Source: Patescibacteria group bacterium
GTDB lineage: Bacteria; Patescibacteriota; Patescibacteriia; UM-FILTER-42-10
Length of the DNA: 64,000 nucleotides
Assembly: GCA_041664365.1 (NCBI GenBank)
Contig: JBAYKW010000001.1
Location: 144,862 to 208,861, forward strand
Direction of reading: 5' to 3'
The notes below the pieces were generated by a model. It was given only the letters and a program-made list of their open reading frames with translations, had not been told where the DNA came from and ran no database searches. The translations under genes and the position numbers were made by a program. How positions within the stretch are numbered: the first letter of the stretch is position 1; every line of letters begins with the position of its first letter. Shown here in pieces: positions 63,970 through 64,000 of the stretch.

Positions 63970-64000
63970 TTCACGCAGAACGGCGATGACAGCATGCGAC

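Noticed and set aside
1-64000. CRISPR array, tRNA or rRNA genes
   Set aside because: No regularly spaced short direct repeats with unique spacers were seen. The only dense repeats (49031-49725) are hairpin units of varying spacing flanking a GIY-YIG gene, not a CRISPR architecture. No tRNA-like T-loop (GTTCGAAT/GGTTCRANYC) context or rRNA-like conserved blocks were found in the intergenic regions inspected.

Overview
The window is a gene-dense, low-GC (~33-38%) bacterial backbone with short genes, short intergenic spacers and many small hypothetical proteins, consistent with a reduced-genome lineage; a Patescibacteria/CPR-like organism is a guess from composition and gene content. Housekeeping genes include typA, gltX, fmt, def, mutM, an HU gene, maf, malQ and thpR. 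I see no rRNA or tRNA genes and no CRISPR array.

Five segments of much higher GC (~55-60%) sit inside the low-GC backbone:
- 1-430: the 3' end of purH.
- 7470-8810: one complete signal-peptide outer-membrane beta-barrel-like gene with its own GGGAGG ribosome-binding site and terminator.
- 15990-17230: two small cysteine-rich proteins plus a ~300-nt structured leader.
- 27850-28100: one small membrane ORF, only moderately GC-enriched.
- 61930-64000: a B12-binding radical SAM gene.
These are either horizontally acquired islands or assembly chimerism.

Other features that stand out:
- Nine Nudix hydrolase genes, three of them in tandem, inside a wider block of small phosphohydrolase genes (PHP, HAD x3, CYTH, HIT-like, MBL, EEP, histidine phosphatase, 2H, GDSL).
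- A P-loop kinase / nucleoside 2-deoxyribosyltransferase-like / Nudix operon, with a second copy of the transferase-like gene elsewhere.
- A thiol/redox block (ArsR, thioredoxin, CcdA-redoxin fusion, FMN reductase, zinc ribbon, cupredoxin).
- A PAS histidine kinase plus a stand-alone receiver protein.

The most unusual structure is mobile-looking or cassette-like:
- A GIY-YIG (UPF0213) nuclease gene is embedded in a cluster of eight ~30-45-nt palindromic repeat units in both orientations; the cluster also rewrites the C-terminus of the upstream WecB/TagA gene.
- Single genes or gene pairs are bounded by 50-120-bp direct repeats that are decayed copies of the 5' end of the next intact gene: the GNAT gene 5' end occurs three times and the DUF3850 gene 5' end twice.
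- A HAD gene is bracketed by ~75-bp hairpin-containing direct repeats.
- Three small acidic paralogs start M-[AG]-D-P-K-x-P; two of them carry duplicated promoters.
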